A DNA stretch of 63,535 nt, filler included, from Octopus bimaculoides (lineage: Eukaryota), in NCBI RefSeq assembly GCF_001194135.2. It is 7 parts of 6 records of this genome, joined end to end, with 100 filler letters (N's around TTAATTAATTAA, not from the genome) between each part and the next. Parts side by side here need not be neighbours in the genome. Positions count along the whole stretch, not along the records: positions 17,199 to 35,678 come from NC_068983.1; positions 35,779 to 50,394 come from NC_068988.1; 5 more parts are not named here. One strand, 5' to 3'. Below the pieces are notes generated by a model that worked only from the letters and a program-made list of their open reading frames with translations, did no database searches and had not been told where the DNA came from. Within the stretch, counting starts at the first letter, position 1. The number at the start of each line of letters is the position of its first letter. The translations under genes were made by a program, and so were the position numbers. Shown here piece by piece: positions 33,698 to 46,720 of the stretch.

Positions 33698-34047
33698 AAC
33701 AATGAGGTACCACTTTAAAAGCGCCAAATTTGAGTACCTTATCCACTTCATGAATGTTATTACGTATCCAGTTTAACCAAAACTGTAATGGTGTTGTGAT
33801 CTTTGAAACTCCATTTCCTCATGTTTAACATTCAGTTTCCTTAATTTCTTCCCCATTCAACCCCACCCACCCTGAAACAATGAGTTTATTGTCTGACTAG
33901 AAACCCTGGCAGAGGAATATCGTGTTCAACACTACAGACGGTAGTTAAGGAGAAGAACACCAATTCTCAACTAAGCCGTCACGTCTCAGTGATCAAATAT
34001 TTAAAATAAAAAACTAGCTATACAATAAGTGCGGAATAGAAGACAAA

Positions 34048-34147
<100 letters not shown>

Positions 34148-35292
34148 ATACAAATATGAAATACAACAACAAAAAGTGCAACAACTAACGTGCAGAATTT
34201 TCCAGAAGTCGGTTTTTATTTAATGTGAGTGGAGTGATTATATTGTCTTTCCTCCCTAAATGATTACGAAAGCCAGGCAATATGTATGTATCAACTAATT
34301 AATTAGGAGAGAGCAACGTCTATAATAGCTTGCTCTAGTTTGATGATAATGTTCGTTTATTGCCTTTTCTTCTTTCCTTACTACCTAACTATTCTTTCTT
34401 TCTCTCTTTCTAGCAATTAATTTACGAGAGAGAGAGAGAGTGAGAGAGAGAGTACAAATTGTTTAGAGAATGCTCTCAAGAACAAATGAAACGTTTGTTG
34501 TATGAAAAAATATAAAACAGTCAAATATATACATAAAAACAGCTAAAAATAAAAAGAGAGAAAGAAGGAAAGAAAGGAAGGAAGGAAGGGGAGAGATGAA
34601 CAAAAGCTGTATTAAGTAAGTGAACAGCTTGATTTTTTCATAGCGTTATTCATTGGAATATTATTTATTACTGGTTAAATGAGTAGGGTAAAAAGACACC
34701 GGCAGCTCACTATTATATACTATGAACGGCTATATATTATCACCGGTGCAAACTTTGATTAAAACAAAGAGAAAAGGAAGAGAGAGACAATGAGACAGGG
34801 ACAGAGAGAAAAAGAGGGGGAGAGAGAGGAGTGAGGATGAGAGACATACAGAAAGAATGAAGTAGGGGATTATATATATATATATATATTAATATACACA
34901 TACACCATACACATACAAACACACAGTGAGAGAATGGAAAAGACAAATGTGTTACAGTTCATTTCGAGGCTGCAATGAATAGAGCAAAAAAAAAAAAACA
35001 ATGGTTTAGAAACACGATTCATCGCGGTTTAATTTCGTGTGGTAAATAGCTTTGGCAGCGCCTCAGGATAACACTTTACTTTTGTGTTCTGTCGATTATT
35101 GCCCACCAATTAACACTTAATAAATGAAATCATAAAACCGTTGCTTCATTGCCTTACTCAATTACACGGCAGAGAAACACATTTACGCACGGCGATATAA
35201 TATATACGCGTACAACACGTGAATACGTGCATACATACATATACACACACACACATACGAAGGCAACATAATTCATACTGTATGCATGTGCA

Positions 35293-35327
<35 letters not shown>

Positions 35328-35421
35328 TGTACACACACACACACACATAAATGTATGCATGCATGTATGTAGTATGTATGAATATATATGTTTGTGAGTG
35401 TAAATAATTATGTATATAAAT

Positions 35422-35532
35422 AGGCGCGGTCGAGGATGTATGGTAAGAAGTTTGCTTCCTAAATACATGGTTGTGGGTTCAGTGTCACTGTGTGGTACCT
35501 TGGGTTACTCTAGCCTGGGGCTATAGTAGAAG

Positions 35533-35565
<33 letters not shown>

Positions 35566-35678
35566 CTCTTTTACTCTTTTACTTGTTTCAGTCATTTGAC
35601 TGCGGCCATGCTGGAGGCACCGCCTTTAATCGAGTAAATCGACCCCAGGACTTATTCTTTGTAAGCCTAGTACTTATT
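35422..35678. mobile_element. Family B head (+) and tail (-) joined across (TA)n
   Basis: Head GGCGCGGTCGAGGATGTATGGTAAGAAGTTTGC to 35525, (TA)n, then TTTTACTTGTTTCAGTCATTTGACTGCGGCCATGCTGG. Confidence 0.8.
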
Positions 35679-35964
35679 NNNNNNNNNNNNNNNNNNNNNN
35701 NNNNNNNNNNNNNNNNNNNNNNTTAATTAATTAANNNNNNNNNNNNNNNNNNNNNNNNNNNNNNNNNNNNNNNNNNNNATATATGCATATAGACATCCGA
35801 AGTGTACAGAGTTATATATCCATTACAGCCGATTTTACTAGGGTTACACGATCGCATTGTTATCTAGCTCTCCGTTGAATCCCTGGCGCGAAATCTATTG
35901 ACAGATATCCGAGTGCATTTTTTCCTGACGTATGGATTCCTAGGAGATTTACGCACACGCACAG

Positions 35965-36003
<39 letters not shown>

Positions 36004-36648
36004 GACACACACACACACATATATATACAAATATATTAATGCTTGTTTCTTTGCATAGTTATATAAATATATACAAAAACAGTCAAACATTAAATGATCT
36101 GTTAATACTTGTCAGTAGAATATCGTAATGTTATATATTTACAATTTTACAACGAAAGTTTGATAGTATCTTCAATGTTACTAGCAGTCTTCGCTGAGGA
36201 GAACTTGTAAGCCGAAACTTTGATTGAAATATCGGTCAACTAGTTCCCTTTAATATATAATTATATACATGAGTGTGTGTGTGTGTGTGTGTGNNNNNNN
36301 NNNNNNNNNNNNNNNNNNNNNNNNNNNNNNNNNNNNNNNNNNNNNNNNNNNNNNNNNNNNNNNNNNNNNNNNNNNNNNNNNNNNNNNNNNNNNNNNNNNN
36401 NNNNNNNNNNNNNNNNNNNNNNNNNNNNNNNNNNNNNNNNNNNNNNNNNNNNNNNNNNNNNNNNNNNNNNNNNNNNNNNNNNNNNNNNNNNNNNNNNNNN
36501 NNNNNNNNNNNNNNNNNNNNNNNNNNNNNNNNNNNNNNNNNNNNNNNNNNNNNNNNNNNNNNNNNNNNNNNNNNNNNNNNNNNNNNNNNNNNNNNNNNNN
36601 NNNNNNNNNNNNNNNNNNNNNNNNNNNNNNNNNNNNNNNNNNNNNNNN

Positions 36649-36708
<60 letters not shown>

Positions 36709-38808
36709 CGTGTGTATGTTCGTGTCTATGTGTCTGTGTGTGTGAGTGAGTGTGTGTATGTATATGTGAACGAAATAGCTGATAATAATGACACTTGTCA
36801 TGTAATCTCCATTCATCGATTGAATTTACTTAAATGATGATTGAGTACAACGAATGATCTTCCATTTTGTATTATCTTAGCAAAAGAAAAATAATATATG
36901 CAAAGTAGAAATAGGATGCCAGTGGTCATTATCATTAGCAACCAATCACTTAGATATCAGTTACAAAGATTTATGATCGGAACTCTGACAAAAATAAACA
37001 GTTAGGAAAATAAATTGAACAGCAGAGTATGTGGGGGGTGCGTGTGCGTGCGTGTGTGTGTGTGTGTGTGTGTTTGTTTGTGTGTGTGTTTTAAAGAACG
37101 ATGCAGTCTATTTTGTACGTTGCTCAAAATTTTTAATCAAATTTGACATTTCACAGTCGAATTTTGTAAAAACTTCGAGTGTTTAGACAATTAAATAACC
37201 ATTAAACTGTACTGTAGCCAAACACATAGACATTGAAGGAACACAGATTATTCAATAAAAGAAGATTAATGAAATATTTCTTTTACAGTTTTTGTTTGTG
37301 TCACGTTCTTGCAACAGGATAGTCGTTTGTTTTCTGAATTAAAACCAAGTACTTTTAGTTTTAGTGAGTTATGTGTACCGAAGCAGGCACGTGCAGGAAA
37401 AGTAAACGCCTTGTTATTTCTTTATAGGTCAGGCTATATCTATCTTGCTACACATAATATAAAAAAAAAATCTTCCCTATCTTTCCTACACTCCAACCAC
37501 ACAGCTCAAGAAAAGGTTAGCAGATAGTAACTTATACGCTTTAATTTGGTTTGCTTCTTTGTTCTTCCCTTGAAAAGAGATGGGGCAAAACAATTATGCA
37601 ATACTGATTTTCGTGCATGTCTTTGTAAAAAGGAATATATGTCATTGTATTTAGATTATTTTATTCTATTATAGTCTGAAAGAAATTGTATCCCTTTTCT
37701 AAATAGTTGTGTCGGTCAGTTTTGATAGACGGCTAGCACGCACGATAATAGATAAGAAGATCGTAACAGTTTGTTTCATAAACTAGTTTGACTGCAGTCC
37801 AGCTGGGAAGAGATACAGTAGAAGACAGCGAGAGAACGCCTATGAGGTGTTTTATCAGCTAGAAGTGGCAAAGTATTTTTCTTTAAACCACATCCTATTG
37901 TCTTAAGGAAAGGGCACGAAAGGTAATGGAGTAATAGACGCAATCCTAAACAATAGGATACTCACGACTGGAATACATTTCATGTCTTCTTAATCAGGAC
38001 TGTCGAGTGAATAAACAAAATGCAAGCAAAATGTATTGGTTATTGCTCTACGAAATATAGATGAATTACCGCCAAATTGAATGGTCAATCACTGATCAAA
38101 TAATGATCAGTTATCGGCAGCAACGATCCGACAGTAATCAGTTTGCCCTCAATGAAATATCAGCAAGTGTGACCGAAGTCGTAGATTATTCAAAATTAAA
38201 ATATGTCAATTAAATGGATGGATGTAGCAGTTGTATATTTAAATAAAAAATAAGAACAGCCTAATTTATAACTTACTCAGGAGAGGGAATTTAATGTCCA
38301 TAAACACTTCAATCCTATCTCTTGATACGAACAAATATAGTTAAGTGGGACAAAAGTAGCGAATATTAATTACTATAGAGGTTGAATGGAAATATATCTA
38401 CGGAGAAGGTTGTGAAGAATTTCAGTGTCTGGTGAGGAATTTCAAAGCAGACAGTTCAAATGGAGAAATAGAAAAGGAGATACAATGAGAAAAAGGAAGT
38501 TATTATTGTGAAGCAAGTAAAAGAACCCACAACTTCAGGAGACAAACAAATATTTTATTTGTAAGGTATGTTAGAGATTGAGTACAGCTATCTGGATATG
38601 ATCAGTACCCCAACATGCATAATACAAGCTTTGTTATTCCTCGAGTGTAGGGAGTTTTCTTTCTGATGATGAAACTATAATGGCTTCAGAAGAGAAAGTT
38701 CTGATCATTGCAAAATGAGGTTGCTTATGGATAGAATGCGTAACTTTTGTTCTAGGGCTCGGATTCATTAATGACATAGAACATAAGCACATTATATACA
38801 TGGATTAT

Positions 38809-38848
38809 ACTGTTACTCGGAGTTTCACGTTTCCATTCATCGGACAGT
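38809..38848 (-). ncRNA. Minimal hammerhead ribozyme motif (variant core CCGAUGA)
   Basis: Minus strand reads ACTGT-CCGATGA-ATG-GAAA-CGT-GAAA-CTCCGAG-TA-ACAGT: 5-bp stem I, GAAA-capped stem II, self-complementary stem III, GUA site. Confidence 0.65.
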
Positions 38849-38860
38849 TTTTCTGACAAA

Positions 38861-38900
38861 ACGGTCCGATGAACGGGAACGTTAAACTCCGAGTAACAGT
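38861..38900 (+). ncRNA. Inverted second hammerhead motif (G12 mutated)
   Basis: ACGGT-CCGATGA-ACG-GGAA-CGT-TAAA-CTCCGAG-TA-ACAGT. Confidence 0.5.
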
Positions 38901-38974
38901 TTTTTGTTATATTTCTGCTGCTTTTAAATAAGGTGTAATAAGGTGTGTATATATATATATATATATATACTTAG

Positions 38975-39140
38975 AATTTAAAGAAAAACAGAAGAAGAAG
39001 ACAGGTGAATAAATAAGAAACAGGTGTATTAGTATAACGCTCATGAAGGTAAGAAAGTCTTTTACGTTTCCAGCCTACACTCTTCAACAGAAGGGAACAC
39101 GAAAAAATAAACAGAAAGAGAATTAAAAAAATCTTTAGTA
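38975..39140 (-). mobile_element. Short (TA)n-associated repeat with a hammerhead-like core (copy 3)
   Basis: Minus: TTCTGTTGAAGAGTGTAGGCTGGAAACGTAAAAGACTTTC. Confidence 0.7.
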
Positions 39141-39227
39141 GNNNNNNNNNNNNNNNNNNNNNNNNNNNNNNNNNNNNNNNNNNNNNNNNNNNNNNNNNNN
39201 NNNNNNNNNNNNNNNNNNNNNNNNNNN

Positions 39228-39262
<35 letters not shown>

Positions 39263-39544
39263 CAGTAAGAAAATGGAGCGGATCAGTAGGTGGTATTCAT
39301 CAACTTATATGTCAATTTATTTATTTACTAAAAGGACAATTATAACAATATTCGTACATGTATGACATATTATGCTTTACATATATAAGATATAAAATAT
39401 AAAATATCAGTAATTATTAAAATATAACATATAGCAATAGAAATTGGGGATAATATCTTACAGCTGTTTCAGCCAAGAGGCAAAAATACCTCATTCTACC
39501 TTTATCCCTCCAGGGGACTGAAGTAATTAGTAGATAAAATTGAG

Positions 39545-40025
39545 GCACTTATGAGTATGTTTAACAGTAGTTGACAGCAAATAGAGCGTCTGACCAGTGG
39601 ACCTCTGTCTCTCCACAAGAAGTGGAAAAGTAGGCGCTCCAGCTTGACCAGACATGAATCTGTGTAAAGTACGACGGTAGGTGATAACGGATGCGATAAA
39701 CACATTCGTTACCTCCACCCTCCCCTCTGGGAACAGCTTCCTCTCGGCCCATATCTGGATGAGATTGACCACCCTGCTCGTAATCTCACCCCAGTTTCTC
39801 TCTATTTGGTAGGACTGGACCGAACCAGATTCTGAGCAATTTAACCGAACCATCTGTCCAACGCCCTACAACGTTTTTGGGTAGCGTCGATCTGCCTCTC
39901 CAGGTGCCGAGCTGCAGGCTGACCGACATATCACGGTTTATTTTTGCCCCTGAGACTGGTTTTCTCTGAGTTTACCTCCTCCTGTTCGTGACAGGGATGT
40001 ACTGGAAACATTGTTTAGTACATCT
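39545..40025 (-). mobile_element. Tx1/L1-type LINE ORF2 fragment (RT C-terminal region)
   Basis: GAKINRDMSVSLQLGTWRG...IWFGP...NWGEITSRVVNLIQIWAERKLFPEGRVEVTNVFIASVITYR...LVKLERLLFHFLWRDRGPLVRRSICCQ, with frameshifts. Confidence 0.85.
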
Positions 40026-40834
40026 CGTTGAGCCTGTTAGTATTGGGGTCGTTGTCAATGTTTTGGCTGGAAGCCATAATTTCAAAAATGTGTAAATAAA
40101 TTACACAAGAAGTTTAAAAAAATTCAATTCGCCCCCTTAAAGGGGGAATTTCTAGACACGTTATTACCTCTGCTTAGCAGAATCGATAACACACAAAATT
40201 CACCATTAAAATAACACAATCTCGATAGACAAATAGCAGAACTCACGAGAGAAAAAAACAACACATCTGTTCGGCCTAAACTGTTGAACAGGAATACATC
40301 GTCTAATGACGGGAGGGTCCATCATCCTATATTCAATATACATACATACACACACACACACANNNNNNNNNNNNNNNNNNNNNNNNNNNNNNNNNNNNNN
40401 NNNNNNNNNNNNNNNNNNNNNNNNNNNNNNNNNNNNNNNNNNNNNNNNNNNNNNNNNNNNNNNNNNNNNNNNNNNNNNNNNNNNNNNNNNNNNNNNNNNN
40501 NNNNNNNNNNNNNNNNNNNNNNNNNNNNNNNNNNNNNNNNNNNNNNNNNNNNNNNNNNNNNNNNNNNNNNNNNNNNNNNNNNNNNNNNNNNNNNNNNNNN
40601 NNNNNNNNNNNNNNNNNNNNNNNNNNNNNNNNNNNNNNNNNNNNNNNNNNNNNNNNNNNNNNNNNNNNNNNNNNNNNNNNNNNNNNNNNNNNNNNNNNNN
40701 NNNNNNNNNNNNNNNNNNNNNNNNNNNNNNNNNNNNNNNNNNNNNNNNNNNNNNNNNNNNNNNNNNNNNNNNNNNNNNNNNNNNNNNNNNNNNNNNNNNN
40801 NNNNNNNNNNNNNNNNNNNNNNNNNNNNNNNNCT

Positions 40835-41241
40835 TGTTATTTCAGTATCTAAAACAATGGCACCATTTGCCAATTTATATTGGTAAATGACTACAGAAAT
40901 GCTATTTTATATTTATTTTTGATCCATACCTATGACAAAATGAACTTACCAATATTTAGATACCTCACTCATTGATTCATCACAATACTTCATTATTCTT
41001 ACTCGTCATTCAACTTTAGAACAAAAAAGCCTAAAAACGGCAAGAAATCCAGATAGTGGGACATTTTTGTGCCAACTAGAATTGAACCCAATTAGCTTGG
41101 TTCTCATATTTCTCTCCTACCCTTTTTCAACTAACCAGCTGTATAGATGTAAACACCACTGCTTCTTCTTCCTTTCTTCCTTCCCTTCTCTTTTCCATTG
41201 ACACTCTTTTCAGATACACAGGCACGCGCGCGCGCGCGCGC

Positions 41242-41272
<31 letters not shown>

Positions 41273-41400
41273 AACACACCCAAACATTCTCTCCCACTGG
41301 ACAATGATGCCAACTTTTTGAAAAACAACTTTCTTCCAAACAATGCCACCTGGTTTGGCCATTTTGAAAAGGCCAAGAATAAACTTGTCATTGAAAGAAC
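40835..41400 (+). mobile_element. Decayed PLE RT/thumb remnant broken by microsatellites
   Basis: KTMAPFANLY (cf. GTxMAPxxANLY) and ILSHWTMM...FFQTMPPGLAILKRPRINL (cf. HWxIL...PxxAxxRxxNL). Confidence 0.4.
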
Positions 41401-41924
41401 TGACCAGCTGTAAACATAATTTTCTTCTTTCTTCTTTCACCTATATATATATATATATATTTTTAAGAGTTCCCAAAAACTTTTTGCGAACTCTTAAAAA
41501 TATATTTCCTGGGTATATATATACATATTTTACCAAATCCTTTTTGTTATAACAACGTTGTAAACTGTTTAAAACATATTCTTATTATTATTATCAAAGA
41601 ATGTATATATGTATTTTGATACTTAAACTGTTTCTAACATTTTCTATTATTATCAAAGAATATGTATATGTATTTTTCCATATATGTATTTTCATACTTA
41701 CACTGTTTTTAACATTTTCGTCTTATTATCAGAGAATGTGTGATAATCAGTATGTAACACTACAAAGCTCATACANNNNNNNNNNNNNNNNNNNNNNNNN
41801 NNNNNNNNNNNNNNNNNNNNNNNNNNNNNNNNNNNNNNNNNNNNNNNNNNNNNNNNNNNNNNNNNNNNNNNNNNNNNNNNNNNNNNNNNNNNNNNNNNAT
41901 ATATATATATATATATATATAACG

Positions 41925-42589
41925 ACAATTTGAGTTTGGCACATCAATTTGGACAGAATTATCATTTTTATAAGAATGGGATGGATCATATCTGAAAGCA
42001 GCTCCAGGTGTTGTGAAGAAAGAATTTGTACGTGGTCCGTTTCTGAGCGCTATTCTATTGGACCTCTGTGTAATCTGGTGTGCTAAACTTTGTTTTAATG
42101 ATTCAGCATTAAGTACTGCAGCATGCCTTTGCTGCTCTTGGGAAAGTCTCATCTCCCTTCTCTCTTGAGACACCATTTGATGTGCTGCAGCATGCATTTG
42201 TTGATCTTGAGAGAGTTTCATCTCCCTTCTGTCTTGAAGCTCCATTTCATGTACTGCAGCATGTCTTTGCTGATTTTGAGAAAGTTTCATCCCCTTCTAT
42301 CTTGGGACTCTATCAGACGTGTTGCAGCATGCTTTTTCTGATGGAGAGAAAATCTTTTCTCCCTTCTCTCTTGAGACTGTTTTTGACGTGCTGCAGCATG
42401 CGTTTGGTGATCTTTGGAAAGTGTCATGTCCCTTCTGTATTGAGACTCCTTCTGACGTGCTGTAGCATGCCGTCGCTAATGTTGAGAAAGTCTCATGTCT
42501 CTTATGTCTTGAGACTTTCACCTTCGGTTTTCTTAACGCCTCTTTGCTTTATAGCAGTTTCTGGAGAGATTGTGTTGTTTTTGTGGCAT
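41925..42589 (-). pseudogene. Helitron Rep/helicase ORF N-terminus with a 69-bp (23-aa) tandem array
   Basis: ATG at 42589: MPQKQHNLSRNCYKAKRR*ENRR*KSQDIRDMRLSQ...; about six units like MKLSQNQQRHAAVHEMELQDRRE; then GAAFRYDPSHSYKNDNSVQI, which precedes the Helitron Cys motif. Stops and frameshifts present. Confidence 0.8.
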
Positions 42590-43721
42590 ATTTTTTCAAT
42601 AATTTTTTTTTAAATTATGAACATAGAAAAATATACATTAATCTCTATCTTTGTAAGCAGCTGTATGTAGTATGTTTATATTTTTGTATGCAGTGTAAAT
42701 TAACCAAATATAGGCAAATTGTAAATATCTTGCAACTTTGCAATTACTGCGATAATTATGAACTGTTAATTGAACAGCTGATGTGCATTTTTATATAACT
42801 TTGACCTTCCACGTAATTGCGTAATTGTTTTTGTCAATAGTTTCACCCCAAGCCGTTCTCGTCACGTGTATATATGTATGTGTAGATGTATGTGAGTGTT
42901 TAATAACGTACGTAACAGGCGCGTAAACACATACACATTCATATATAAAATGTGGCGATACGCACACATACACTCTCACATACAGTCATATACATATAGT
43001 AAGCGAAACACATACAGACATACATTCACGCATGTCAGTCGTCACATGTGTATATGTACGTTTAATAACATACCTAACGTGGAAACACAGAGACACATAT
43101 ACACTCATATATGTGACGCCGTCGTCATGGTATAAAATCTCCTTTACTATCTCGTACGTATTAAACGCGCAACCATACACACACAAAGTGAAACAATATC
43201 ACACTGGAATTACATTTTGAAAGAATAAAAGTGAAACAATATTATATCACACGAGGAAGTCAATTTGTAGAAATTATGAACCCCATTTCAGCGTATAAAG
43301 CTATAGAAGAAAATTGGTTGAGTGAAAATAACTTGAGCCACTTTAGGATATCTTTTTCTAATGCATGAACGCTCAGTGGCGTTGTTAAATTCTCAATTGA
43401 TTAATAATGAAAACTTATCGGCTGTATTACAACGGTTTTCGATAGAGGTAGAAATGTAAATTGTGTATTTAAACAGACGGAGTGCAGAAAACTTTGAATA
43501 AGTAATGTTGTAGTGAGAACGTACAAATAGCGTGAAGACAAATATATCTACCAATGACAGAGAGAGAGAGAGAGAAACATACATAGACTTAAAGACAGGA
43601 AGTATTGCAGAGGGCGTAAGTGAGAAAAAGAAAAGATAAATAGAGAGAGGAAAGGGAGAGAATCGCTTGAAAACTACAGAAGACAAAGGGGAAGAATCGG
43701 TTGACAACTGCAGTGTTTACA

Positions 43722-43920
43722 GAAAAATCTATGTGAAAGCCCGGTCGGTTTCTCGCATTACGCGGGAGCTCTAGATAAAATGTTATAGTCCATGACCATC
43801 CTTAGTACATAAGTAATGTGCGTGCAAAGTTTGGTGAAAATCGGTTGAAAACTGTAGAAATGCATATGTACTACATACAGAGACACACACGTCCTTTGTT
43901 TTATATATATATATAGAGAT
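43722..43920 (-). mobile_element. Helitron-type terminal segment (Lep1/HINE-like)
   Basis: Minus strand begins A|TCTCTATATATATATATAAAAC...GTGTGTCTCTG...AACCGATTTTCACCAAACTTTGCAC. Confidence 0.55.
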
Positions 43921-46219
43921 GCCTTGTTTACTAACACAATTCATCTTTTGGCCAGTTTTATTCGACCTTGGTAAATGGACGAAAGTTTGGGTGTTCTGTT
44001 ATTTATTTGTTTCTCATCATGAATCTCCGATTGTCATCTGTATTCCCCTTTAATGTGTGGGAGTGATTAATGATAACGATATATACTTTACGCTTCAAAT
44101 GTCTATAGAGAATAATTATTTTGTGAAGCTTTCTGACAGCTGTTTTTAGAATGGAAGCTGCTAGTTAGCACCTGTGAGTCTGAATTCTTAAAATTTATTC
44201 ACATCGCCATCTTTACGCGTGTGTTCTTTCCTCCTTTTTGATAATTTCTCATTTGTTGGGTTCCTTGTCACTTTCAGATATACATTATATATTTTGCTTT
44301 TATTGTACATATGTGCGTGGGAAATTGTCAAAAAACACAGGTACATCTGCATACATTCCATATGTTGCAGTGATACTCTATCAGTACATGTAGATGTGAT
44401 ATCCACATGAGTCATACCGAATTGATTTTATCGGGAGCATGCTGGCAGCAGAAAGTCTTTCGGTATAGTTGTTTCAATATTCATCGAACGTTTCACCTAT
44501 AATCCACTGTATTAGGATTCTTCAAGAAAAATTATTCCATGTACTTAAGTCTTTCGTTTGCAATTGAAACGTAGCTTTGCAGGGCACACCTTGCAATTCC
44601 TCCAGCTTCTGATAGCACAAGTGGATCGGTTTCCTTCTTTTTATTTCCCTAATTAATATTATGATTAGTTTCTTCCAGGATACTCTTAAAACTTTTCGCT
44701 CTTTCTTTATTAGTTGTGGTATCTACGGATTTCATGTTATCAATTGTTTTCTTTTTATGATATTGTATTACTTGCTGACTTTATCTTTTTTTATCTCTAA
44801 CTTCTCTATTACATACAGAGCATACTGAATTTGCCTCAAGTTTAGATTATTTTCAAACCTTACTACGGCGCAATAAAATGCCCGGACCCTGTTCTGACTG
44901 TAAACAGCTGGTGAAAAGCTTCACTAACAAATTACTTTATATCAAGAGGATGTGTGAAAGTTATTAATTCTTTCCATACATAAATGAAAATGTTTTTAAA
45001 AACAGTACCGTTAAGATGGACGAGAATGAATAAACAAAATAAATGATCGAGGAAACAAATTCCTCCCAACCCATTGGCGATTAGCTGGCATTAATAGATG
45101 CAGGTGAATATATCAGTGACTAAGTTGAAGATATACAGTGAAATAGAAACATTATACTATACAGTAATATCAAGAAGCATAACGAAAGTTGATAAAACGG
45201 TATTTAATTTGCTGATAATTGATACTTCTTTTGCAATTAGAAGACAACGTTTCTGTTAGTACTAAAAAGTGAATCTTGCCTTTAATGCGAGTTGATCAAA
45301 GCAACGAATATGTTCTTATTTTAGGTTTCATTTCAGTTGACAAAGTTTAGGTTGATTAATCTAATAAAGAAAATGTAGTGAAGTTAATAATCTATTTCAA
45401 TATCTGCAAATGTAAAAAATAACTCTAAATTACTTTTACATCATATAAATGTGTGTGTGTGCGTGTGCGTGTGCACGCGCGTGTGTGTTTGAGTGTGTGT
45501 GTGTGTATGAGTGTGTAAATCGTATATGTATACCTCATCTTATCTCATCTGGAAGGGTGTTTGGGGCAGAGACCTCAAAGATACCTTCCATCGAGTCCAT
45601 ACTTGTATCTTCGATTGGTTTTTTCCCCATAAAACCCGTCCAGTGATTCTTCCCCGAAACATTCGCACCACACATCCCTAGCATCGGAGCTGTGATCTCT
45701 CAATTTAAAGAAGTAGCGCTTCTCTACATGTTATCACATTTGCTAGTCAACTAGTAAGTCCTTCTAGTTAATTAGCACATGTGATGACATTCCATCTGAG
45801 CACAGGGGTGCAGAAATACATTTGGATAAAGTCAGGACGCTTAGTGAAACCACTGCACATGAGAGACCCTAGCTGTTCTCACAGTATCCTTCTAGGAGAT
45901 AACACTCTGCTATTAGTTTCATGTGATTACTAGTCATCTCGCTTTGGCTTCTCATTAGGTGCAAACACGAACACTCAAAGAGTGATACACGTGTTGTACA
46001 AACGTTGTTGACGTTGTTGTATAAAATGTCTCTCTATGGTGGTTTCATTTGTCATTCCATTTAATAAAAGTCCTACGGCAATAGAAAAGTGGTAAAATAA
46101 CATAGCCTTTTACCTACGCTTCAAATCATGCAGATCTGCCAGAGGTCTGAATAATCATCTAAGAGAAAAAGCATGGGAAATTAAGCAATGCCATTGAAAA
46201 CGAGGAAGCACAAGGAATT

Positions 46220-46288
<69 letters not shown>

Positions 46289-46369
46289 TGTGTGTTTAAA
46301 TACATGCCATTGGCCACTCAGTTTTTTTCTCTTAGCTCATTTTTGTTTTATCTATGCAAACCAGCTTAG

Positions 46370-46720
46370 CCATAAATGTGTTCTTACCTTATTCTATAAA
46401 TCCTTTGACTACTGGAGATTAAAAAAATGAAAGAGCACAAATACTTGTAAACCACATAAATCCAATTGCAACTTCTTAGCTAGGAATAAATGACCATTGG
46501 AAGCTCACTGCAGGTCTAATGTGGTGTACAGGAGTGCTGTCTTTAATAAACTTCGGAGCTACTATCAATTTTAAACATAGATACTCTGCACATTTAAACT
46601 CTTTTGAATATGAAAAACAGTAAATCCACCTCTTTCGCAGAGCATATACACTACCTTAAAAATAAGAATATACCACAAGGTATGCATTCATTCATCATTA
46701 ACTCAGGTCTACGATGCTCC
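46370..46720 (+). mobile_element. Naiad-like PLE linker/GIY-YIG remnant
   Basis: CNFLARNK*PLEAHCRSNVVYRSAV / FGATINFKHRYSAHLNSFEYEKQ / KSTSFAEHIHYLKNKNIP. Confidence 0.7.

Noticed and set aside
36190-36225. CTGAGGA...GAAAC hammerhead-like core
   Set aside because: No convincing stem I or NUH site.
44180-44700. Possible further Naiad-like GIY-YIG remnant on minus
   Set aside because: Hints (GVPCKAT, IIGET, DVNKF) fall in different frames and are too degraded to support a call.
45735-45790. Imperfect hairpin ATCACATTTGCTAG...TTAGCACATGTGAT in an unassigned island
   Set aside because: Short and mismatched; no family or function can be supported without computation.
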